NCBI RefSeq assembly: GCF_020745735.1
Contig: NC_083420.1
Location: 73,192,237-73,256,236 of the forward strand
Direction of reading: 5' to 3'
Length of the DNA stretch: 64,000 nt
From: Hemiscyllium ocellatum
Taxonomy: Eukaryota
The position numbers and the translations under genes were made by a program. The first letter of the stretch is position 1, and every line of letters begins with the position of its first letter. Positions 1 to 10,341 of this stretch are shown here, piece after piece. Under the pieces are notes generated by a model, which had not been told where the DNA came from, made no database searches, and saw nothing but the letters and a program-made list of their open reading frames with translations.

Positions 1-803
1 GCACATGACTTGCAATATTTTGCTGGGAAGTTTGCGATGCTGATACCAAGCCCAGGATTTCCTTTCTAATTGTTGGAGTGTTTCTGTTGGTGATTATTTA
101 ATTATTGGTAATATATTCGATAGGACTTTGTAATTTCTCATTGTCTTCATGCAGGAATGCAGCACTGCCATCAGACCATTCGCATTGGCAACTACATTAA
201 ATGATAAGTAATTAGATGTGGCTACGACTAGCACAGTGGTGAACACAGCTTTAAGACTGTTGAATTCTTTCTGAAATTCCTCAGTCCAACAAAATTGTCT
301 GGACCTCTTCACCAAGTCAATCAGTGGAGCAGCCACACTGCTAAAATTCGGTACAAATGCACTAAAAAAAAGACTCAAACCCCGGAAACATTGTAATACT
401 CTCTTTGCCGATGGGAAATTCACCAATTACATTTAGTTTTTCACATTCCGTTAGGTCACCTGTCCATGTCTAATAAAATGGCTCGGGAACGTGATTTGCG
501 ATCATACAAACTCGCTCAATGCCAGGTTTATCACCAAACCTGCCTCACAAACTCAATCAAACAATTCTGATAGATGTTCCTAATGTTCTTTCCAAGCTTG
601 ACTAAAAACGCCAGGTCAATGATGCATACCACAAAATTGGGTATTCCTGAACTGACTTTATTCATTATTCTTTGAAATATGGCAGGAGCATCTTTCATAA
701 CAAATAGCATGATATTAAAATAGTAAAATAGTACACATTTTTTAAAAGATGAAAGGATTTTTTGTTTGTTTTGGATCAAGTTAACACTTGGTATCCTCTT
801 AGT

Positions 804-936
804 CTATTCCCGATTAAGGGTTTTTTACCCGAAACGTCGATTTTACTGCTCCTCGGATGCTGCCTGAACTGCTATGCAATTCCAGCACCACTCATTCAGA
901 ATGTGGTTTCCAGCATCTGCAGTCATTGTTTTTACC
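804..936 (+). mobile_element. 133-bp Penelope-like (Neptune-type) terminal module with degenerate hammerhead, inserted in Gypsy RT
   Basis: Flanked by 12-bp TSD TATCCTCTTAGT (792-803) / TATCCCCTTAGT (937-948). Motif CCGATTA-AGGGT-TTTTT-ACCC-GAAA-CGTC at 810-838, followed by the GATGCTGCCTGA tail shared with the copies at ~7020 and ~39660. Confidence 0.8.
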
Positions 937-3900
937 TATCCCCTTAGTAAGTCCAACTTAGAAAGATAAATTGTTTGTCCCATAATTTTCAATACAGTCT
1001 TTCAATTGTGGAATAAGAAACAAATAAGACTTTTTTAATGGCATTGACTTCTTGATAGTTCATACATAATAATTGGGGACTACCCGCCTTTGGCACCATT
1101 ACTATGGGTAAGCTTCATTGGCTGCAACTCACTTTGTTTGTGTTGTCTTTGAGCATACGTTCAATCTGTTTTTGAAACAGTGCAAAATTTAGACGGTCAC
1201 GTCTATAAGGATGCTGCTTATTGGAATAGGATTTTCTAAGTCTATGCCATCCATAACTTTATTTCTCAGTTTATTCCTATATATCTCTGCTCCAGACTGT
1301 TTTACACTTTTCAAGGTCTTTTCGATTTTCCTCTAAAGGGTGACTTTGTCGTTTTTCCCAATTCTTCAAAACTTCTTCATTGTCTGATTTGATTTGATGA
1401 ATATAAAAATCAGAATCATCTGAACTTGCTTCTCCACTGTGTTCTAACCATTTTTACATTGTCCTTTTTCGTTTCTTCCTATCAAAAAAATGTGCGTATT
1501 CACATGACATTTTCTCTGAGATTCGTTTGTGTCTAGTGTTCTTATTAAGTAGTTCACCTCATTCAATTTACTTTAAATTTGATAAGGCCCAATAAATGTT
1601 ACCTTTAAAGGTTCACCTGCCACTGATAGCAACACTTTATCTCCATTCACAAATTTGTGAATTTTTGCTTTCTTGTCTGTTTCCTATTTCATGGCATGTT
1701 GAGCAACTTTCAAATGCTGTCTCGCCATGTCACCTACTCTATGCAATCTCTTCTGAAACTTTGACATTTGCCACAACGTCTCTAACCTCTGACTCACCAA
1801 AGTCGTTTCAGTGAATGTCAGTAATGCTCTCACCTCATGCCCAAAAACTAATTCAAATTGATATAGGTTGATTTATTCGTTGCATGTTTTATTGCAAAAA
1901 GTACGAATGCAATCCCCTGGAAGGCTTGACTATATACCCGCAACTTGCTTTTTCAGGTTTGATGCTACTTTCGTTGATGTAATGTAAAATTTGACCCACG
2001 TTCTGATTGTATGTCTGTGGATCATCTGTATCTTGTAAAAATTATTAACACTTCTACAATCCTTTTAGACCCGATAGAGCATAATGTAACGTCCTCTGGA
2101 AATCAAATAGACACATCTATTGTGGTCAGTAAGTCCTGATTCGAACTTTCTAATTTAGATAGGCACTGCACGTAATCAATTAATGCCCTTGCAAAGGCAT
2201 CCTCGATTGGAGATGCTGGCTTTATCAGTGCCTGATGATTTCCAATTACTTGACGCATATGACATGTCCAGTGAATCTCAACCACATTCGGATGCAGTCC
2301 GGTCCAAAAAAGTATTCTTTCTGTTAAGGCTTGAGTTTTCCTTACTTTAGACGGACCACCTATTGGTGAGGATTACTACCTGCAACACCTCCTTTCTGTA
2401 ACATCACCAGAACGACCACCTGATGAACATTGTCCATTTCTCGTGCTTTTGAACTTGTAATGGCGTCTGTTTCGTCCTCAAGAGTTTATTGTTAAGGTAG
2501 TAACGTTCTGATATACATTGAAGTCTTTCTGTGCATGATATTTCATACAAATATTTTAGATGTTCATCTTTCCATCGTAATTAAGTTAGTTTCTCTGAAC
2601 TCAGAGTATCCACTTTGTCCTCCACCGTTTCTAGTTTCTTCTTCACTATTTGATAAAATATAGTCTCTGAAAATTCAACTTCATTTTTTAATCTTTATTT
2701 TTTGATTTGTAACCTTGTTTCTCAATAGCGAAGAAAACTGCCATGGCATACTTTGAAACAGCTCAGTTTTCTAATTTTTCAATGGCTTCTCAACCATGTA
2801 GTCATTAAGCCTACCGTGATCCAGCAACATCATGAGCAAGGATAAACTGCATTAATGGAGCTGCGAATTTTCTGTTACTCATACCATTATTCAGTATATT
2901 TCACCGGGCTCTCCAACGTCATTTCATATCATTTAACAGTGCTCTTCTCACCACAATTTTCTCATTGTGTCTTTTTTTTCCTGGCAGAATTTTCTTTTCT
3001 ATCGTTATTAAAGATTTACTCGCCCTAGTATCTCTGAAAGTTTTGATTTCTTTACTTGCTACTCCTGGCATACACTATTAAACGTTACTCTTACAAGTAA
3101 ACGCTCGAAGGAGATCTGGCACTTGCTTCCCAACCACCCACTGAGGACAGCGTTTTCGCTTCCACTGTGTTTTCCATTACCACTTCAACAAAACTTATTA
3201 TGTTTTCCGATGTACATCTACCTATTGCTTTTTCTATACCACTAACATTATGACTTATTGTAGCCTATTTTAATACAATGAAAACACCAGATTTTTTTAT
3301 ATCTGTTTTACTCTCATGATTTTCCTTTTTACATTGTGGTAAACTACTTTATTTATCTTCAATGACATCTCCTTTTCACTTAGCAACTGAAGATTTCTCT
3401 CCATCACCTCCCCCACCTCAATTTCTCTATCGCACATATTAAAATTGATGTCAGAAGTCAAACATTTATTTGTCAACCAATTCTTAATAATCTGCAATTT
3501 CAGCTGCAAATCTTGCAGCCTTAACTCTCTGCTCTTCCACACGAGTTCTCACTACTTCAAATAGTGAATATTTGACGGCTTCAAAATAATTGTCTCTCCA
3601 AGAGTGTCATATGTTTGATTTATTTTCAATATCCTTATCCAACTATCAAAATTATTTTGTTTGATTGATTCAAAGTCAATGTATGTTTGACCAGGTGTCC
3701 TCGTCAGATCATAAAAGTCGTCTCGTGGCTTCTAGTACGAGCTCGTTTGTACTTCAGATGGCATTTTCGTCTCATTATCCTCCTCAGATACCTCCTCTGG
3801 TGGTAATGCAAATACCTCATGGGGTTTACCTACCAGCTTTGCTTTGAATCAGCAGCACCCGCATTGTCATTTGCCAATTCATTTGACTAGCCATTTGCTC

Positions 3901-4549
3901 AAATGAAACGAAAAATACTTCTATATTGTTCTCATCGAACGTAGGCAACACTTGGACACAGAGCAGATTCCCACCAGGATTTTGGCTACGATGAGATTTC
4001 TCTGAATCACTATCTTCATCAGTGCTTCTACTTTTCGCCTCTATATCTCCTACATTTTAAGCTGTCTTTGAGTTTTTGTTGTAAGTTCCAAAGTTCAAAA
4101 CACACCGCCTTTCTTCCTTTCTTCTGCTAGGGCTATCCTTGATTTTCTTTTGCTTCTACTAATGCTAATCGTTCCTTTTCTTATTCCAAATCGACATATT
4201 CTGTCTTTCTGCTTTTCCTTTGCTTTCAATCGAAATTGAGACGTTTCATTTCCTTTTCTGGATCAACTGCCTCATTTGTAATTGCATTTTAGCAATTTCC
4301 AAAGATTCGGATGGCATTGCTGTCAATTGTAATTTCTACAGGATAGCCACAACTATCTCCCCTTTCCTCACGCAAACAGCCAACATTAACTCCAAGTTCA
4401 TTAACGACTCTGAAAGTTTTGCTTTGCACATTTGCTATAAAACTTTCGGCTTGACGTCGTGCATATACCAAAATAAAACAATGTAATACTTACCAATCGC
4501 TGCCTTTGAATTCAATGATCATAAACTCAAGCTGGAATTAACGATTTTC

Positions 4550-4567
4550 ATCCAGGACGAGCTCCAA
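4550..4567 (-). promoter_or_regulatory. tRNA-Pro primer binding site of the Gypsy element
   Basis: Minus strand TTGGAGCTCGTCCTGGAT versus canonical tRNA-Pro PBS TGGGGGCTCGTCCGGGAT, directly after the LTR end. Confidence 0.75.
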
Positions 4568-4569
4568 TT

Positions 4570-5287
4570 TGTTACGGAATACATCAACACCCCCAAATAT
4601 GATAAGAAGATAGTCTGGCTTTATATGACTTATTTGCAAGGCAACTGTATGGTCTTGAGTTGCAGATGCAGTTCGGTTAGAATATCTGGTCGGCATGGAC
4701 GAGTTGGGTCGAACGGTCTGTTTCTGTGCTGTACATATCAATGACTCTATGTCTCTACTTGAAGAAAAACACACATTATTCATATTCTATAGTTAACATA
4801 CATAAACAAAGAAAGAATAAAGAACAGAATTGGCATAGTCATAACTCTATTGAATTGAGTAACACAACAAATTGATGCAGTCATGATTACCAATTCACCG
4901 TTCCAACGTAGTCATGTCCCATAAACATATCCTTGGCAAAGACAAAGTTGACAAATTAGATTTGGTCACATTCAATTCTAGCTGTCCAGAAGTAAAAGCT
5001 GCAAGGTGCAACTCTGATCAAGTCGAGCAGAGGGAGATGTCCTGCAGTTTCCAAATCCTGCTGAGACTTCATCAACAACCGTTGCTCACGAAGATTCAAA
5101 ACCCAAACATCCTGCTTCTGTGAACGATTGAACATACCAATACCTATTGTTCCCGGTAAAACAAGAAGACCTCATAAACTGTCCCCTTTACGTGTTTGTA
5201 ATATATATCTGGGTATCTTTGCCTTAAAGCCACTTTTCCAAATTACCCAGGACGAAATAAATATTTTAAAAGCATGGTAATGTCATA
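4570..5287 (-). repeat. 5' LTR of Gmr1-type element, containing a short CR1-tail insertion at ~4665-4757
   Basis: Starts TGTTAC at 4570 next to the PBS and ends TGTCATA at 5281-5287. The insert has a GGCATGGACGAGTTGGG...ATGACTCTATG CR1 tail. Confidence 0.65.
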
Positions 5288-6004
5288 CTGATTATTGTCT
5301 AGACGCAGACACTGAAATAATTTGTACATATTTGCAAATATACAACTTTCCTACTTAGATGAGTAGTGGAAATAAATGTTACTGGAATCATTCTGCCTGG
5401 AAATACACATTTCCAAGGACAGAGAATCTAATTGGCTCCCCTTAAAAATTCCAAGTTATGAAACCACTGCTATCAAAACTTCTCAGGATGACCATTGATC
5501 ACAAACGAAATGGAAGCCGTCATATGAGTAAGGGTTTCAAGGCAACTCGGGGTCATGCCAGTAACATGTCTGGTTAATAACTTACCTCCTGGTTCGCTCA
5601 GTCCTAAATGTCATTTGCATCTCACAAATTAAGCATTGTAATATTCTTCAATTGCCTGAAAATACAGTTCAGAAGTCGCTCAACAGCCACCCAAAGTAAA
5701 CATATCGGCTTTCGTAAACTTTCCACTACTTTTTTGCGTTCCCATCCAAAAACAATAACACAGAATAGCAAAAACATGATGTGTTTAGCATATACATTGC
5801 AGAAACATTACAAATGTCCTTCGACTGCAATACTCATCACCAACAAAACGCAGTATTTAAAAGACGAAAGAAGATGCAAGTGAAAGCTTCACCAGCAAGT
5901 TTTTCTACAAATCACAATGTCACCTCAGTGTGAAATGTACTGCCAATCTTTCATCGCTGATACATGCGTTTCGTTGATCCCACTTCTTCAAAAAAAAACT
6001 ATTC

Positions 6005-6425
6005 ATTCATTGGATGAACGGGTCATTGATTAGGCCACCATTGATTGCCCATTTCTAAGGAGAGCCAGTTAGATTCTCTGTACTTCATGAGGTATTTCCA
6101 GATAGATTGATTCCAGGAACATTTATTCCCACTACTCCACCTAAGGAGCTGCCCAGATGTCAGTTAAGATTTGAACTGTGTCACATGGAGTCCAGTGCAG
6201 GTAAGGATGGCAGTTTCCTTCCCTAAAGGGCATTAGTAAAACAGGTAGGATTTTACAACACTTGGTAATGGATTTCGGTACATCATTACACTGTTAATTC
6301 CAGATTTTCAGTCAACTAAAATTCCACAATGTGTCATCGTGGGATTTCAACCGAGGAGCCTAGAACACTCCTTGTGTTTCTAAATTAATTCCCAGTAATA
6401 ATACCAGTAGGGTTACCGCATCCTT
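6005..6425 (-). mobile_element. tRNA-derived SINE of the SacSINE1/DeuSINE type, decayed
   Basis: Reverse complement has a B-box-like GGTTGAAATCCCAC, then CTGGAATTAA and TAATGCCCTTTAGGGAAGGAAACTGCCATCCTTACCTG. Similar to the copies at 10342-11555 and 26820-27040. Confidence 0.6.
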
Positions 6426-6519
6426 CCACATTTGAAGCATATAAACTAAATACAGCACCTGTAAGCTCAAATTAAACAAAAACATTGGAAATAATGAATA
6501 GGCATGTTATCACTTGCAG

Positions 6520-7070
6520 TAATTGTCATAATCCAAACATACTCTTCCCAGTGGCCTAACACTTTAACTCCACAAAAGAACCGCACCATCCCTTTGCAGC
6601 AGACCACTGTAACTCACTCTCCCACTACTCCAAAGACAACAAGTTCTGGATCTCCTCCACCGCCAAAGCTCAGCTATCCAATGCCTGAAGGGAGAACACA
6701 TCATCTTCCATCTTAGGCCACTGTAACCACACTGTATCAATGTATGCTTGAACAGTTTCTTAATTTCCTCTCCCCCAACCTTATCTAAGAGCAAACATTC
6801 CAACTCGGCATCGCCCTCTTGAACTGTCCTACCTGTCCATCTCCCTCCCACCCTCCACTCTGACCTATCACCACCACACCACACCTACATTTATCTCTCA
6901 GATACCCAGCTAACTTCCGCCCCAGCCCCACCCACTCCCTCCCATTTATCTCGCAGCTCCTTTGGGCCTCCTCCTCCTTCCTGATGAAGAGCCAAACGTC
7001 GATTCTCGTGGTCCTTGGATGTTGTCTGACCAACTGTGTATTTCCAGCACCACACTTTCCGACTCAGATA
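6520..7070 (+). mobile_element. Penelope-like (Neptune-type) 3' fragment: GIY-YIG C-terminus, C-rich UTR and degenerate hammerhead
   Basis: LPVA*HFNS and EHIIFHLRPL*P remnants. CTGATGA at 6981-6987 followed by a deleted stem II and AAACGTC. Confidence 0.75.
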
Positions 7071-7319
7071 CTTTTCCCAAAGTGGGCCTTCCCATTCGAA
7101 CAGTGAACATACTAATGAGCTAAAGTACTTTAAATTTAGTCCTTTAATTAAGAGCTCAGAACCGACTATGTGCAAAATTAATATAAGTAAACTTTGATTG
7201 ATATATCAGAACTGAAAATAAACCGGCAAAATTGTACAAAGCGCTGTGGATGTGATAGCACTGATATTCGCTTTCTTTGCAAATCTATCTGACATGTTGA
7301 TCAAGGACAGCTGGGGTGT

Positions 7320-7931
7320 AGGAAGCTTGACGTCACCTGCTCTGTTTTTTCTTTTCTATTTATACTCTAACGTTGTTGCTTTTTGTCTTTTTCTCTTCTC
7401 TCTTCTCGGGCTACTGCCCTTCAACTTCGCAGGCTCCGATGTCAGAACTCATGGCTGTTCCCGGATTCTGAGTTGCCGCCCTCCTTGCAGATCCAACAAG
7501 GCGTCCTTATGACCTGGTATCGGGGTCCGGTGTGAACGTCACCCAGCCAAGCATAGCGGTCTCTCGGCCGGTGTGACACTCTCTCAGCATAGCGTGGAAT
7601 ACAGGTGTTGAAGTGATTCTACAGCAATCTCCTGCCCGCAGGAACCTTGAGGTAAAGCCCTGCACGGTCTGGAGTCACATTGGAGGCCGGGTGAAACGAT
7701 AGACTGAGTTGGAAGACCGTTTTCCTGAAGCTTTTCTTTCCTACATTTTATAACTTGCTCCTAAAATCTGCAGTGCTAGACTTTTTAACTTCTCTGTTTT
7801 TCTAAGAACTCAATGGAGGAAGCTGTACCCAGGGATCTTATACTTAATGTGGTACCAAAAGCAGAGGCTTTTATATGTTTCACCGTACTCGTTTGAGTAC
7901 ATGTGACAATCAAATTAATTTTAATTCTAAT
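7320..7931 (+). mobile_element. Putative non-autonomous element with Rex1-type 3' tail
   Basis: GC-rich non-coding body ending in TTTCACCGTACTC-GTTT-GAGTACATGTGACAATCAAA followed by AT-rich repeats. Confidence 0.4.
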
Positions 7932-8939
7932 ATGTTACAGTATGGAGTTGTCCATCTAGCAACGACTTCGAGAATGTTGAATTGGATCTCACCAACTGTC
8001 TAAATTGTGATTAACTAGATCTCCTTGCACTAATTAATAAATTTCTGTAAATGTATTTTGAGGGTTGGGATAAATTTGACTTTGTTTGCATGATAAACTC
8101 CAAGTATTGGGGTGTTGCAGGTTTCAGTTCTCAGAACTCAACAGTCTACAATTTACTTAAACGATATACAAAGTGGGACAGAGTAGAATATAACAAACGT
8201 CGTTGGTGATCCGAAATCCGGTAGTGTTGATGAGATAAGAAGTTTACATATGGTTAATGTGTCAGAAACTGGCAGATGGGCATTAATATAGATAATGTGA
8301 GATTATCCATAATCGCCCAAACATTGGGGAATTATTAGTTAAATGGAAGTCAGATTCAAAGGGGATCATTGTGCATGAATCACAGAATGCACATATGACA
8401 TATAATTAGAATGGGATGTGGGTTGGTGAGACAACGTGTGAAATGTTGAGTGTCTCCTTGCTTGAAGAAGGATGTAGTGTCACTGTTTAGATTAGTTTGA
8501 TTCAAGGGATGAAAAGTTTATTTTAAAAGGAGCGTTTGAAGAGCTTGGTCTTGTACTCGCTGGAGTTCAGAAAAAAAAAGATCTGATTGAGGAATGTAAA
8601 ATGATGAAAGGGAGTGAAATGGCAGATGATTAAATATTCTTTGCCCTTGTGGGACAGCATGGAACAAGTGATCATAGATATAAAGTGAGAGGAACTGACA
8701 GCCACAGAATGCAGAAAAGGCAGAATCAAATTAACGGATTCAAGAAAAGGAAAAATCTGTTTATTTTTGATGAAACCGGTAAAAAAAAAAAGGGCTATGC
8801 TGACCAGGCAGGAATTCGGAGTGGAGACCAGGATAAGATCAAACAAGACCTTGCTAAATGTTTGCAAGGTTTGCGAAGGTTTGTAGCTCAGGTTGAGGTT
8901 CAGGGTGTAGGTTTGCTCGGTGAGCTGTAGGTTTGATAT

Positions 8940-8979
8940 CCAGACGTTTCATTACCTGGCTAGTTAACATCATCAGTGG
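8940..8979 (-). ncRNA. Minimal type I hammerhead ribozyme, intact core
   Basis: CCA-CUGAUGA-U-GUUAACU-AGCC-AGGUAAU-GAAA-CGUC-UGG. Stem I CCA/UGG, stem II with one mismatch, GUC cleavage triplet. Confidence 0.8.
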
Positions 8980-9121
8980 CGACCTCCAAGTGAAGCGAAG
9001 TTGTTGTCTCCTGCTTTCTATTTATATAATTCTCCTGGATGGGGTTCCTGGGGTTTGTGGTGGTGATCAAATTATATAAATAGAAAGCAAGCGACAACAG
9101 CTTCGCTTCACTTGGAGGTCG

Positions 9122-9161
9122 CCACTGATTATGTTACCTAGCCAGGTAATGAAACGTCTGG
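9122..9161 (+). ncRNA. Minimal type I hammerhead ribozyme with G8U core mutation
   Basis: CCA-CUGAUUA-U-GUUACCU-AGCC-AGGUAAU-GAAA-CGUC-UGG, with a fully paired 7-bp stem II. Confidence 0.75.
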
Positions 9162-10039
9162 ATATCAAATCTACAGCTCAACGAGCAAACCTACACTCTA
9201 AATCTTGCTACATCGTGGAGCTGGCATGACAGGCTTGCTCCAGTCCTGCTCCTCATTCCTATGATCTAACGTTCATTTCGTTAAAGTGAGCAATAATTAC
9301 ATAAACCTCATGGAATACACTTGACCACGTTCACTCTTACCATGGTGAACACATTTCTGGATGAATGTTCGGTGGCCTTGCTTGACTTAACTTTGATTAT
9401 ATAGCATTGAAAACAAATTCGATTGAAACCGTGTACACAGAATGTAACTATGTTAAACCAATCTTAGACCATCCAGAGATTAGGACTTTTACAACCATGT
9501 TGACGTCACACTGTCCCAACTCTGCATTACTGCAACTGCTCATTGTAAGCTGTAACTGTTCACATCTGTTCACAATGATAGTGGCCCCGCAAGTCCACAA
9601 CAGACGACATCATGTAGGATTGAGTCTGCACAAAACAAACACAACCATACTGAACTGAAACTTTTTATTTAACAGCCAACTCAGTTAATGTTGTGCAGCA
9701 TTCATACTTGGAACAACGTTGCTCGCCATTTCTTATCATGCAGGCTGTAAAATGACAAAGAGCGGCACCCTTGGTGTCTGAAAGAAAACGGACACTGTTC
9801 AGTGGAGGCAGGTAATAACACCATTGCTCAGGTCTCATCTCAATTTCTAGTTAAATGACATTTTTCATCATGAAACATCACTGGGGAAGCATTATGTAGT
9901 CTGTGAATATTTTGCTATGTTAAGAGTCATCAAAAGCATTTGATTCGATTTCCCATCACCCCCGCCACACACCCCACCTCACACACACACAGATGCAAAG
10001 ACAGCAGTCGCATAGCAGCTGCACAACTTCGCTTGTTAT

Positions 10040-10110
10040 CATTAATTGAGATGATGCAAAAGATCCAATCATCGCATTATGTCCCCAGAGCCTGAAATAC
10101 TAAATAAATA
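10040..10110 (+). promoter_or_regulatory. Putative proximal promoter of the GPR139-like gene (homeodomain sites, O/E-like site, TATA-like box)
   Basis: CATTAATTG 10040-10048, CATTA 10075-10079, TCCCCAGAG 10082-10090, TAAATAAATA 10101-10110; ATG at 10160. Confidence 0.4.
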
Positions 10111-10159
10111 TTTCAATTGTAGAGTGAATTACACATAACTGATCGGCCCTGTGAGAGCA

Positions 10160-10229
10160 ATGCACGGAGTACCTAAAGGTCTTGCATTTGCCGTTCTCTA
10201 TCCAGTCATTGCAGCTATTGGGGTCCCAG
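10160..10229 (+). CDS. GPR139-like class A GPCR, coding exon 1 (MHGVPKGLAFAVLYPVIAAIGVP)
   Basis: ATG at 10160, 23 codons plus 1 nt, donor CAG|GTAAAA at 10230. Supplies the first half of TM1 and joins exon 2 in phase 1 to give IGVP-G-NVIVIVILS. Confidence 0.88.
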
Positions 10230-10341
10230 GTAAAATATTATACATTTTTCCTAGCTACTTTAATAACTGATTTGAAATATTAATTTTTGAGTTGTACCTG
10301 CCACAGAACATGCTGTCATAAGCAGTCACATGCTCCTGTGG

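Larger units (their letters stand above)
1..5287 (-). mobile_element. Decayed Gmr1-type Ty3/Gypsy LTR retrotransposon (5' LTR, gag, PR, IN, RT, RH); 3' end runs off the window
   Basis: Minus-strand remnants: gag LPTFDENNIEVFFVSFEQMASQMNW (~3950-3880), integrase FELVFGHEVR (~1855-1830) and FIGPYQ (~1600-1580), RT (IKQHPYR ~1220-1200; MKDAPAIFQRIMN in ORF 531-779), RT/RH connection FVPNFSSVAAPLIDL (ORF 94-426). Integrase lies upstream of RT. Many stops and frameshifts. Confidence 0.85.
8860..9203. mobile_element. 344-bp palindromic Penelope-like mini-element with a hammerhead in each arm
   Basis: Inverted arms ~8897-9031 and ~9070-9204, spacer ~38 nt. TSD CTTGCTAAAT (8850-8859) / CTTGCTACAT (9204-9213). 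Confidence 0.85.
7960..9270 (+). mobile_element. Old CR1-type LINE 3' fragment, interrupted by a palindromic PLE insertion
   Basis: Degenerate [10 protein letters not shown]-like and KFADDTK-like coding (~8110-8220). CR1 tail CCTGCTCCT...TTCCTATGATCT resumes after 9213. Confidence 0.6.

Noticed and set aside
5586-5657. Possible small minus-strand exon between TTTTCAG and GTAAGT
   Set aside because: In-frame stops in the frames examined and no recognisable homology or partner exons.
8860-9203. Endogenised viroid or DNA-transposon MITE interpretation of the palindrome
   Set aside because: The arms are homologous to Penelope-like termini elsewhere in the window, and the asymmetric tail and ~10-bp TSD fit PLE integration.
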